The notes under the pieces were generated by a model. That model worked only from the letters and a program-made list of their open reading frames with translations, searched no databases and was not told the DNA's origin. Shown here piece by piece: positions 37,735-50,785 of a DNA stretch of 64,000 nt; positions within the stretch are counted from its first letter, which is position 1; the number at the start of each line of letters is the position of its first letter. The DNA comes from Octopus vulgaris. Taxonomy: Eukaryota. The DNA is taken from assembly GCA_951406725.2 (NCBI GenBank), contig OX597819.1, forward strand, positions 85,312,001 to 85,376,000, written 5' to 3'. Both the position numbers and the translations under genes were made by a program.

Positions 37735-38501
37735 ACAATACACACACATGCAAGGACAATCAACACATGAAAGAATGGAATAGTGAAATTATACAATGAT
37801 GATGGAACGGCCACCCCAGCCTCGCTCCCGGGTGGTTACGTTATTTAAATTATTTCAACAGTTTTTCAAAATTATTTTAACAGTCTTCAAATGTTCTTTT
37901 CAAAATTATTTCAATAGTTCTTTTGAAACTAAAACTCTAATTACCATTTTATATATTTTATATAGTTCTTAATTTCCTCATAGTTCAACCCTGGAGCGCT
38001 GGGTTCGAAATTCACATCGGGTCCCAGTGGGTTTATATCTGATGGGAAAGCCTCTTTTAACTTTCTATACTTATCTTTTTCCATCAAAATCCATCTCGTT
38101 TCCTTATCGTAACCATCCGAGAGGTCCACTTCAACAATGTCTGTCGTTTTAGTTATTTTCCTTTCTATTTTTTTGTGTCGACCGATATGTTATCAAATAT
38201 ATTCTGATAAGTATAGAAAGTTAAAAGAGGGTTTCCCATCAGATATAAACCCACTGGGGCCCGAAGTGAATTTCGAACCCAGCACTCCAATGGTGAACTA
38301 TGAGGAAATTAAGAACTATATAAAACGGTAAGTAGAGTTTTTTTTTGAAAAGAACTGTTAAAATAAATTTGAAAAGAACTGTTGAAATAATTGAAATAAC
38401 GTAACCACCCTGGAGCGGGGCTGGGGTGGCCGTTCTATCTTCATTGTATAATTTCACTATTCTATTATTTCATGTGTTGATTGTCCCCGATGTGTGTATT
38501 G
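37735..38501. repeat. Imperfect inverted repeat (arms about 37735-38075 and 38206-38501) formed by two 3' ends of the ORF1-only family
   Basis: Both arms encode DKYRKLKE.FPSDINPLGP.VNFEPS..NYEEIKNYIK on opposite strands and share the UTR. Confidence 0.85.
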
Positions 38502-38996
38502 TAATATATAATTTAGCGTAATATATATGACATAATGGTATTTTCTTGTGCCATTTCGTTTTGCCTGTCATCACATTAATTTATTGCTTGAAAGATGAAT
38601 AGATGAACATGTTTTATGTCTGTCGATCTCTTTGCTAAGCTGGATTACAGTCACAATTATTTTCATTATGATTTGCGTTTTTTTAAAAATATTAACTTCG
38701 GTTATTAATACGCTCTTTGTAAGCATTCTTTTGTATGGAAAGAGATATTTTTCGGCTCCTTCTATGGCTTCCATGTGTTAATTTCTATACATCACCGACT
38801 ATGTATGTAAGCAGTAATTTTTTTTACTATAGACTCCCATCTGGTATCTACTGCTGATAGTTTCAAAACCAGTTATTTTACTGTTTCAAACGCTAAAACT
38901 ACGAGTTTGTCAAGATATTAAGGCTGTAATTCAGTGGGATATCTTAAAACAAGAAACAATGGGATTTGTAGGACTTTTGGTGGAAATGGTTTTATC

Positions 38997-39140
38997 TTTT
39001 ACTTGCTTTAGTCATTACACTACAGTCATGCTGGGGCACCACTTGAAGGGTTTTGTCAAGCAAATCAACCCCAGTACCATTATACTTTAAGTTTGGTACT
39101 TATTCCATCGACCTCTTTTGCCGAACCGCTAGGTTACGGG
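38997..39140 (-). mobile_element. 3' tail of a composite SINE split by a MULE
   Basis: Tail homologous to 23030-23177. It resumes at 41072, and its head is at 41176-41340. Confidence 0.7.
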
Positions 39141-39347
39141 GGTTCTAGGACAATTCGACCCCGGTTATTTCATTGTCGGTTAATTTGTCCCTGGTCAATT
39201 CGACGTTGATCAATTCACCCCCAGGTCAATTCGTCGCTGGCCAATTCGTCTCAAAATTCTCTTAAATGTGATTTTTGAGGGAAAGATTAGAACAATCACT
39301 TCAGAATTAAAATTGTCGGAGAGTTTTAGATATTTTCCCTTTCTTTA

Positions 39348-39388
<41 letters not shown>

Positions 39389-41071
39389 TAAGTATCTGTG
39401 CTGAACAATTTATGAACAGAAATTTTCAAGCAAATCGAATTAAATGTATTCAATACACCTACCCATCAACTTGACTACCTGCAAGACCATAACTTCAGAG
39501 AAAGGAAAAATCAAACTGGTCGATCAAGAAAATAAACATAATGCACAAAAAATAAACATAATGCAGATGGATTGAAGTTATACTAGAGGTGCAAAAACCG
39601 AGACTTCATACTGATGAAAATTATAAAGAGCTTAAGAAGACTGGGATCCATAATCACGCTTCTGCAGAGGTAAATACAAGGATAATAGTTTCAAATATTA
39701 AAGACTATTTCGTCTTGTGATGCCCCTCGCTCAATTATCGCTAGTGAAGTTCAGAATTTAAACGACTGTACATTGTCACAAATACCTCCGTTTGCACAGT
39801 TTAATAGGAATATTAGACGTTGGAGGCAAGCCGATTCCAACTATCCTGCCACCCCACTAACAAATGTTGGGTTTTCCATTCCAAATAAATACTCCTATCT
39901 TGACAATGATGAAACGTTTTTACAGTATCACAGCAGGATGGCAGATTCAAAACGAATACTAATATTTGTAAGTGATGAAACACTTCGACAGTTAAAACAG
40001 CACAAGAGCTGGGCGGCATTTGGAACATTTAAGTGCTGTTCTACTATATTTTTTCAGTTATATATACTTCACATTCAAATTGATAATTTTAATGCTTCAC
40101 AGTTGTTCGCATTGCTTTCTTACAAAAGTCAAGACACATATAGTAGACTTTTTTGCCAAAATAAATGAATTACTGCAGAATGAGGGACCTGATAATATAA
40201 TTATGGATTTCGAAAAAGCAACCCATAACGGATATCTAGAATTGTTTCATGGGTCGAATTTGGCATGCTGCTTGTTTCATTTAGGACAAAATGTATACAA
40301 GCATGTTGTGCAAGGAATAAAATGCAGATATCATAAAGATGATAATGTTAGTTTAAAAATGAGGTGTTTTGTTGCCCTTGTCTTCCTGGTCGATGATTTC
40401 GTAGACGGATATGAATAACTTGTAGATGATGATGATATTCCTCTGTCGATTATATCTTATTTTGAAAAAGATTATATAGGATTACCTAGAGGAAGCGGAC
40501 AGAGGAAGCGACGCCTTGTACATCCATTTCCATTAGCTTTATGGAATGTTTGGGATCGATGTATGATGGGGATTTCAGGCCTTGTGCCTTTAATAGAATG
40601 GATATATGACGGGGATTGCTCGTACTACAAATAGTTTAGAAGCCTACCACGGCGCGCTGAAAAACACAGTGAATATTAGTCATCCAAATATTTGGTAACT
40701 TATTTATGTGATTAAGTGTGAGAAAAGGTTTGCTAGTACCAAATTGAAGAAGTTTATGGAAGGAGAAGAACCAAGCCGAAAGGAAAATACAGAGATATGA
40801 ACATGCGTATAAAAATGTAATTGAAAAATATAATACAAGTCAAAATTATTTTTCTAAATGCAATTGCACACAATCATAAATTTTAAGAAAAAATAGATAT
40901 GTAATAAAGCAAACCTTAAAATAAACGCTTTCTTTTTAAAATTCAGATATTCGTTCTTCCATTTCTCGTATGATCTCGACGAATTGACCTGGGGACGAAT
41001 TGCCCAACGACAAATTGTCTGGGAACAAATTAAACGACGACAAATTGGCGTCGACGAAGTGACCGGACACC
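39141..41071 (+). mobile_element. Second MULE DNA transposon, decayed
   Basis: Ends GGTTCTAGGACAATTCG / rc GGTGTCCGGTCACTTCG. About 15-bp subterminal repeats. GTFKCC..QLYILH, MDFEKA..CLFHLGQN and YFEKDY motifs. Confidence 0.88.
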
Positions 41072-41340
41072 GTAATTGAGATGTATACACTCCAATACCT
41101 CCAAGACAAACACAGACAAAAAGACACACACATAGATATATACATATGCGCGCGTGCGCACAAACACACAATCTACGACGGGATTCTCTCAGCTTCGGTC
41201 TACCAAATCCACCCGCAAGTCTTTGGTCGGCCCGAGGCTATAGTACAAAGCATTTGCCCAAGGCATCACGCACTGGGATTGAACGCGGAACCATGTTGTT
41301 GAGAAGTAAGCTTCTTAATACACAGCCTTGCCTGCACCTG
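41072..41340 (-). mobile_element. Head and microsatellite part of the MULE-split composite SINE
   Basis: Family A head at 41340-41176, a TG-rich tract, then the start of the tail. Confidence 0.7.
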
Positions 41341-41865
41341 TTTAGAATTTTGTTTTATAAAATCGATTGTAATACTGTCAAGGAAGCGTTTCAACCTCAC
41401 TAACCAAACCACAGCCTATCTGCCTCCGTTTGGCTCGAATTCCTTTCGATTTGACCCTTTATATTACCTATTTCTTGACCATCACATTACTTCTTCAATC
41501 AAAGTTGCTTTAATTTACTGCTTCCAGCACAAGCAACGTAATTCTCCCGAAAAGGAAGTTTGAAAAAACAGATTTTACATATCCTATTATTAAATATAAG
41601 TTCGGCGCTGGCATAGATATATATTTGAGCATTTCGTTTTGCAACCAAGTAGTTCTGACTTTGAGCTCACTGCACCACGACTTGTAAAAGTCTCTTCAAT
41701 GCATGTATTTTATTGCTATGTATGTATGTATGTATGTATGTATGTATGTATGTATGTATGTATGTATGTATGTATGTATGTATGTATGTATTTATGTATG
41801 TATGTATGTATGTATGTATGAATGTATGTATGTATGTATCCATCCATCCAACCATACGTCCCTCC

Positions 41866-41912
<47 letters not shown>

Positions 41913-44482
41913 CATCCGTCCGTCCGTCTGTCTATTTATTGCTCTGTCAGTCTATCTGTCTGTCTGTCTGTCTCGTGGTGAATATTTGTCGTTCGACTAT
42001 GAGAATTCAACTGAATTGCTTGATTCTGAACTAATGTATCATATAAATGCCTGAACATTCCACAGACATGTGTACTCTTAACGTAAATCTAAGGCAGAAT
42101 AGCATGACACAGTATGTGTTAAGGATGTGCTATTGAAGCACAGGTACAATCCATTTGCGGTTCTTGTCTCCTGGATCTTATCCAGGTGTGGGTTGACCGC
42201 GGCTGTAAAAAATATTCGACCAAAATGTCGAGCAACGGAACCTCGTGGTTGTGAAGTGAATTTCTTACCCTTTCGGCTATCTTGCGCCCCCCACATACAC
42301 ATATATTTATATATTTATTTATTTACATATGTGTATCTTTATCTATGTGAAATCTTTTGATGATATATGGTAAAATGCCGTGCTGCAGGCAAAGTGTCAG
42401 GAGATGCATCGAATTACAGTCATTCCCATGTTAATTTCACTGCTAGATATTCAGTGAATCGGTTATTGATTCGTTACAAACCATCTGACCAACAACGCTT
42501 TTGTTCACAAAATTGCGATATAAAATAAAATAAATAGATAAATAAGTCAACTTATCGAACTTGCCTACTTTTATTATTTTAAGATATTGCTTAGCAAACG
42601 GAGTCCGTGCTTTCTACGCGTTATTTTCTTCAAAATAAACGGTTGAATTTGTTGTAGAACTTCATTGAACAGTGTTAAATGATTCTGAATTCTGTAAACA
42701 TAGTAATTAAAATGTATTTAATTAGCATTCATATGATAGTAATTAAGATATTGGTGAAACTTTGTTTCATAAAATATTAAGAACAAAACAATTAATGTTG
42801 TTTAGCTGCGGTATTTTATTCTCATATATTCAGGTCTGCAATCTTGTTCAACGCGTTACATTTAGCATTTATTCATCTGCAAAATGTTTATAAAAGATCT
42901 GTTGGACAGCAAGCATTTTTCATTACAAATCTCTGAGCTCCTTCCAATCGATCGATTCACTTTGTAATTTTAGGTTAAGGTAGCAATGTTAGGGTCAAAT
43001 AAATAGTTCAATAAAGGTGGTTCTTTTAAGATGTCCACCTACCTGCAATTGTTGTTTCTTTATTTGTTAGGTAAGTTGGAAAGAGTATGTACATAATTGA
43101 TTTCGGACATTAAGTAGTGAGAAGAGAAAGAGAGTGAGGGAGAGAGAGGGGGGAAGAGAGGGAGAGAGATAGAACGACATAGAGAAATCACATACTTTCA
43201 TGAATTCAATCAAGACCAAAACTAATCGACCTACAATAAACACCTCGTGATGACAACCTGAATGCTTGAACAATACAGAATAAAAGGAAAGAAGAAAAAA
43301 TATTTAAAATCTTGTGGCCAATAATTATTAAATGACCAACAACCTAGTTTCAAAGAAGTTACAACGAAACATTGTCAGTGACCGGATCGAAAATTTTGAC
43401 ACTACGTGATAAATGATTTAGGGAATTTAACAGTTTCTGTGTGTTTTTGAATTGCTAAAATGAATCTTCCACGTTGTTAATTGCTTTATCTCATCCCAGA
43501 ATATATAAAAGTTACCGCAGAAGCAATTATTGACGATCAGTTAGATTAAATCAGATAGGAAGTGTGTGACAAATAACTTGATTTCCCCAGACAAGCTATA
43601 CCAGTCACCGTTGAAAAGCCACGTTGATTTCAAGCTGTGAAGAAAAAATAAATGAGTGCACGTAATTTATATAGTGGTCCTGTTGTTTGTTGAAGTATGT
43701 ATATAACGGATACAATGCCGTTTTATAATTAAGTAAACTTCTAAAAAAAATCTTCATACTGGAGTTTATATGATAGTAAGGTTATCAATGTTACGTTTTA
43801 TGGGTCATTGAGTGAAGCCTTGTTTTTTTAAAATATTTTATTATTGTATTAAAGAAATTCTAATAAAAACCATATCTTTTAAACTTACAACAACTATCGT
43901 AGAATTTGAGCAAAATTTCACCAATTTAGGAAAAATAAGTAAATAATCATCGATTTTCTAGTGATTCTGTTGAGTACCCTCACTCTGTACCTCAATTAAA
44001 AGTTTCAACTATAGACACGGGTGTGAGTTAGTGACAGATGACCCTTCGACTACCATGCTAATACTATTTTGACCTCGAAAATACTTAATACGCACTATTT
44101 CATTAAATTTCTGAAATTAATTTACTAAGTAGTTCTCTGTAATTTTTGCAAAGAATCAAACATTTGTTTGCTGTCTGAAAAGTTGACAATATTCAAAATA
44201 TTCGACATAAACAAATTCCATCTTTTCTTGTGATTAATCGGATTTTTAGAGAGAAAGTGGTTTCGTTGTGTCTGTTCGAGATAAATTTTGGAAAGAGTAA
44301 CTATATTCTCTACATTCCATCATTTAGTTACGGGTTTGGTGTGTTATTAAGAAATTACATTCAATTCTAAAGGAAAATCATGTTCAGGAAACTTTTAAAA
44401 CCATTTGTTAAATATAATCACTTATGAAAATGTATTAGTTGTATGAATATATTCCTAAACGATCTGTCATCGTAAACGCCGC

Positions 44483-44540
<58 letters not shown>

Positions 44541-44866
44541 ACACACACACACACGCACGAACCACTAAAAGGTTTTACAGGACAGTACTTATAAAATTGG
44601 GGTTTTGCAAAGTATACTATATCTACAATTAAAATATATACTCTTGATGAAATTTGAAAAATGGAGATGAATAAAAAAAAATTTTTTGTCGAAGTAAGAT
44701 TATTTTTAATATGTTTTCTTATCGACACTTCTTGAAAGGGACGAAAGTTTGCTAACTTTTCTGTGCAAAATAGTGATTATAAAATAGTGGTTAATTCTTG
44801 GGTTATCGATTGGCAATACTTGTTGGAATCGTTTTATCACGTTTGCTTCAAGTGTTATTTAATCAC

Positions 44867-44930
<64 letters not shown>

Positions 44931-45464
44931 CATATATAACTTCTATGCATAAAATTGAATATATATATATATGTACATGTATAACTTATATTCATAAAAA
45001 TATCAAATTGTATATATATATATATATATATATGTACATGCATAACTTCTATGCATAAAAAATCAAATTGAAAGCATTCGAGCCACCTTATCACACTACT
45101 GAGAGATAGACGTAAATATACGATTCTTATCACTTTATGTTGTGTCCTATTCCTGTATAACATAGCTTATTTATTAGAAAGTGCTTCTGGTGATAGACAC
45201 TGATCTTTAAATAAATGAAACTTTCGTTTCTACGAACGTATATTATTTTATTCTTTTACTGGTTTCAGTCATTAGATTGTAGCCATGTGGAGGCCCATAC
45301 TTGGAAAACTTTAGCCGAATGAATCGTATCCAGTGCCTTAAAACATTTTTTAATGCCTAGTACTCATTCTGTTGGCCTCTTTTGCCGAACCGCTATGTAA
45401 ACTCAGCAACGCTGCTTGTCTAGTGCCGGTGGGGGACAAACACAAACACACACGCACAAATAGC

Positions 45465-45965
45465 GGCAGTTGGCTATGAGCTTTGGTTAAGTTAATTGTG
45501 GCCGGTTCATCTGGATGGAACTGCGTGTTGGTTATGCATTAATTGGTCTAGCCTTAGCGTCTGGAGTGATAGTGGATAAACTAATGGCAAGAAGAACCAG
45601 ATAAATTTAATGCGACTGTTTTTTATTGCAACTGCTATAAAAACACATGGCAAATGACTTACATATTGAGAAGTAACTGGTTTGGTAATCCATGGCTTGG
45701 TTTTGTGTGCTGGGGAGCGTTGTTCTGTGTGTTGGTAAGCGTCGGCAACATGAAAAAACAGGAAGACGTCCGCTTGGCTTGTGATATTGCTTCTCTCTTC
45801 TCTCTCTGCTCTGTAGCGTAAGGACCTTCCTTATATAATAGATGCTAAGTAGGAAGAGGATATTTCTGCGTTGGGATAAAAACTGTGGCTCAAACACCGA
45901 TTGACTAGTTAAACCCATCCAAAATTTGCAACGGATTTAGCCGAGTAGACAATATGCTTGTTACA
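45465..45965 (-). mobile_element. Possible solo LTR
   Basis: Minus strand starts TGTAAC, then has a TATA-like TATATAAG and a downstream AATAAA. No coding sequence. The far end is not defined. Confidence 0.4.
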
Positions 45966-46089
45966 AACATACAACCATACATACATACATACACACATAC
46001 ATACATACATACATACATACATACATACATACATACATACATACATACATACATACATACATTACATTACATTCATACATACATACACA

Positions 46090-46129
<40 letters not shown>

Positions 46130-46134
46130 TATAT

Positions 46135-47852
46135 ATAATATTAGGTTGTATAACTCCAAATTTACAGGGAAAAATTCAATTTAGTATGAAATCAAATTTC
46201 ACAATATAAATACATAAAATATAAATTAGAGATAAAACCACTAATATACAATTCAAACAATGATAGACATAAACCAAAACATAAATAACAAATAAAAAAT
46301 ATTTTATAAAACATATAACTGGATCACAAATAGTATAAAAATGAATAATCAATATATAATAACTAAAAAAAACTACGTACGTTTCATGGCTATAATTAAA
46401 TTCAAATTACAATTAAATTTAAATCTAATTGAAATGAATTCAATTTAAAATTATGGTCAATCTTCAGGTTAACAATAATAGTTAAATAAATAAGCAAATA
46501 GAGCTAAATAATATTTATTTAAAAAATAAATAACATAATAATTTTTCTTATAGAAGAAACTCCATTAACTAAATTTGAAACTTAAAACATTAGGATCAGT
46601 TTCCTACAATACATTTATTATGTTAAATATTTAAGGTAAAAAAAAATAGAGTAAATAGATAGAAAAATGTATTTATTTGTGAAGATATAATTTAGCTTAA
46701 AAAACATTAATAAGCTATAGAATACCTTTAACCTACTTATACTCCAATATTTAATTACCAATCTATTTAACAAAACATTCACTCTTAATATTCTTAGATT
46801 TTAGCTCACATATAATAATTATAAAATAACAAATACATAAAAAAAGTATCTAAATTATAATCAACAAATATAGTAATTAAAAATCTTTATTTTTTTCTAT
46901 CAATAAACATATAAACATATAACCAATAAATAAATTAGTCCATTATTATTTACATAAATATTATAGATATCTTTAGAAGAAATTTATGAAATACAATTTA
47001 AGAATTGAACAATTCCAAAATAAAAACGTATAACCTATCTTTATAAAATAATTATTATTACTATTATTTTTCAATCTAGATCGCAAAATGACTAACTAAT
47101 ATCTTAAAATTTACGTTCAGATATAATAATTATAAACTAATAATAATTAAATAAATGCATATATCTAAATTATCATTAACAGATATATAAAAATTATAAA
47201 TTCATATTTAACAATCAATAGTTATATAGAGTGCAATAATATTTCTTAAATAAAAAAAGTTTACTTATCTCTCAAAAAGCGTATCTTTAACTAAAAAATT
47301 TCAAAACGGTAAACGTCTTATTAAGCGTTTATAAAACCTCGTGGAATTACATTGTTTACAGGAATAGAACAAAAAGATGGAAATATACATTTTATCAATG
47401 AAAACTACGAATATCTTTTAGCTTTAATAGATAAAGAGAATAAAGTCACTAATAGAGAATAGAATCACGATACACTATAATATCTTTCACTAGAAAACTA
47501 AAATTTAGAATTAACTAGGATAAATTATACTCAAATCTCCATAAATTAAAATAATTTATATAACTACTATTTACTGTATATTCTCTAATAATCTTATACA
47601 AATTTTTTATTTCAAATATATAAATATGGTTACGTTGGATCTCCCTCACTCTCTTTCTTTTCTCAGTACTTAATGTCCCAAATAAATTATGTACATACTC
47701 TTTCCAACCTACCTAACAAATACAGAAACAACAATTGCAGTTAGATGGACATCTTAAAAGAACCACATTTATTGAACTATTTATTTGACCCTAACGTTGC
47801 TACTTTAACCTAAATTTGCACAATAGTGGTTTTATCTCTAATTTATATTTTA
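46135..47852 (-). mobile_element. Very AT-rich non-coding PLE-like insertion with a hammerhead and an inverted terminal segment
   Basis: Hammerhead at 46371-46470(-). 29-bp inverted repeat at 46215-46243 / 47824-47852. Bounded by microsatellites. Confidence 0.55.
46371..46470 (-). ncRNA. Type I hammerhead ribozyme-like motif with a long AT-rich stem II
   Basis: AAC-CTGAAGA-T-TGACCATAATT..AATTATAGCCA-T-GAAAC-GTAC-GTA-GTT. Confidence 0.65.
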
Positions 47853-47866
47853 TATATATATATATA

Positions 47867-48388
47867 CGAGGTCTAATCAAAAAGGGTCTGGACTGATGCC
47901 ATAGAAACGAAGCTAAAGCACACAGAGTGAAGCCGCTTGAAAAAATTGATCTTGTGCTGTGGATGTGCACTTAACTTTAACATTGTAGCTCACTTCCGCT
48001 GCTTACAGCAGTGCTTGTCTGCCAAGTTTGTACTAAAACTAATTTCAGCTGACCAAATAGACACTCGGGTTTCAGTTGCACAAGATCTCTTCCACGATAT
48101 TGAGAACGATGAAAACTTTTTGAAAACTTTGAGCAGGTATCGCCAAGGCTTTTCAAAATTTGATGCGGATTCTCTGCTCAACTTCCTCTGTCATAGTTAA
48201 TGTGACGATCACACGCTACAGACCTTCCTTCCAAGCACTGTTGTAAACAGCGGAAGTAAGCTAGAACGTCAAAACTTAGTGCGCATGCACAGCAATGTTC
48301 AAGATCAATCTTTACCATACGGCTTTACTCTACGTGCTGTAGTTTAGTTACAATAGCAACAGTCCAGATACTTATTGATAAGACCACA
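47867..48388. mobile_element. Mariner-derived MITE with long imperfect TIRs
   Basis: TA-CGAGGTCTAATCAAAAAG..CTGGACTG / CAGTCCAGATACTTATTGATAAGACCACA-TA. About 150 bp of inverted similarity. Confidence 0.8.
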
Positions 48389-48395
48389 TATATTA

Positions 48396-48556
48396 CGAGG
48401 GGCTTCTTATAGTTTCCGTCTCCCAAACCCACTCACAAGGCTTTGGTCGGCCCAAGGATATAGTAGAAAACACTAGCGCAAGGTGCACACAGTGGGACTG
48501 AACCCGGAACCATATAGTTGGGAAGCAAGCATCTTATCACACACCCACACCTGCGC
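48396..48556 (-). mobile_element. SINE family A
   Basis: rc of the shared head and body. Confidence 0.75.
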
Positions 48557-48944
48557 TTATATAAAACATGTAAGAGTTATAAGACTCTTAAAAATAAAGA
48601 CATAAAAGAAAACAGCGCACCATTCCTAAAACGAGACACAATTTTATGTGTGAATGCACCTAATAAGACTTAGAATGCAAAATGGATGCAACACATGTTG
48701 AACGGAGTCCCACTCCTAAGGGACAGTAACAAGATGGGTCGAGCGACCGTTGTACAAAATAGAAGTTTATAACAAATTCATCTTCTGGTTACTTAATAAA
48801 TTATCATTATCTCAACTAACACTGCGGAGTTCCTGAAGCAGATCCAAAGTAAATATTCCTCAACTGTGGATGACACCAGGTAGCCCAAACTGTGTCAGTG
48901 CTCTACTCAACACTTCAACGCACTAATCGACATATACATATTAG

Positions 48945-48979
<35 letters not shown>

Positions 48980-48986
<7 letters not shown>

Positions 48987-49354
48987 CAAACAAGAAAATG
49001 GTGGAGAACAATAGGTTGTTCATCAACTTTTGGACATTAAAATGTTAACTTATTTATTTATTAAACTGATAATTATAATAACATACATATAGCATATAGC
49101 ATATTATTCTTTACATATAAGATATAAGATATAAAATATATTAATATATAAGGATACCGATAATTATTATAAAAAATATTTACCAATTTATATTCAAGTT
49201 TTATCTTATATCTTATATGTAAAGAATAATATTCTATATGCTACATGTATGTATGTTATAATTATCAGTTTAATAAATAAATAAGTTAACATTTTAATGT
49301 CCAAAAGTTGATGAACCACCTATTGTTGTCCTCCATTTTCTTAGTTGCGATATA
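48980..49354. repeat. Fold-back inverted repeat (arms about 155 bp, spacer about 60 bp)
   Basis: atatcgc..catcaacttttggacattaaaatgttaacttattta.. is mirrored as ..taaataagttaacattttaatgtccaaaagttgatg..gcgatat. Confidence 0.9.
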
Positions 49355-49525
49355 AATTAATGGTAAAATATCTCTTTACCTTCACCCATTTAGTACACTA
49401 GGTAATGTAATTGCAATGCAATAAAAAACACTTGTGTATTAATAACTGGGTATTCTACCAGCAGTATATTGTATAGATATTATCCCTTAGTGTGTTGGAT
49501 TCATAACCCCTAATTTTCTTGGAGT

Positions 49526-49568
<43 letters not shown>

Positions 49569-49603
49569 GTATATATATATGTGTATATATATATACATAT
49601 ATA

Positions 49604-49639
<36 letters not shown>

Positions 49640-49720
49640 CTAATACATCTTTTTGTTTGTACACCATCTGCCTTCGTCTTTTGTTTATTTTCGTAAATTT
49701 TCCCTTTATATATATATCTA

Positions 49721-49862
<142 letters not shown>

Positions 49863-50599
49863 CGTATGTATATATATGTATATATGTATATATAGATTAA
49901 ATAAGTAGATTTTTATAAATTATGTGAAATATATTCTCATTGGAGTATAGCTAAGCAGGAAGAACACTCCCAAGAGCCCCTGAACACAAATGTCAATCAA
50001 TTTTCACTCCTACTTTCACATCGCTAAGTTAGTAAAATCCCAAGGCAGCTGGCTTCCTTATATAACGCAGGTGCTAAACTGTAATTATGTATTTTGACAT
50101 CTTCCAGCCTGTTAAAGAAGTGCTTAATATTCTTGTATTTATGAAAATATTTTGCTCTCTTTTGCAATGTATCACCTTAGTTTTACAAATATAGTTAATC
50201 CGTGTGACGTAGACATTACGGAGCAGTGATAACCCTTTAATTCATTTTGAATATTTTATTGAGCGCTTTTAATATTTTTGCTCAATGTTGAAATAAACTA
50301 AGACGTCATCTGTGGAGCACACATTCATTTGCTTGTATAGTGTACTTTCTGATGTGCGCAAGTATTTGTAATTTATAAAATATAATTTTAAGTATAAATT
50401 AAGGGTTTTACAACGAACACACAAACACTGCAAGTAAAGCACTCACAATACGCACTGGCACACACACACACAAACACACACACATACACACATACATATA
50501 TAACAAACTTATATACAAATATTCTACATGATTTAGACTTACTGCCATAAAATATTGGGTCGAGAAACATAGACAAGCGATCCCCAGTACATTTACTGT

Positions 50600-50785
50600 A
50601 ACCTAAATACTAGACGCGGTCAACGTCATCCACGAAAACAATGCATTCCTTTTCAATGGAAAAAAACTATCTCCAAATTCGAGGCACAGCTATGGGGACA
50701 CAATTTGCTCCACTTTGCGCGAACTCAGTATTGGAATACTTGGAGCAAAAAAAAATTGAAGAGAACTACGGCATGACCTTTAATA
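50600..50785 (+). mobile_element. Penelope-like RT, left part (Neptune-type)
   Basis: ENNAFLFNG..YLQIRGTAMGTQFAPLCAN..EYLE. Continues at 52640. Confidence 0.8.

Noticed and set aside
41639-42054. MYVC/IHTY/LSVC repeat ORFs (also many others in the track)
   Set aside because: Translations of (TATG)n, (TCTG)n, (TA)n and (CA)n.
46480-47640. Possible mitochondrial insertion (NUMT), suggested by the extreme AT content
   Set aside because: I could not recognise any mitochondrial gene, rRNA or tRNA. The hammerhead and inverted end fit a PLE-like origin better. A BLAST search would settle it.
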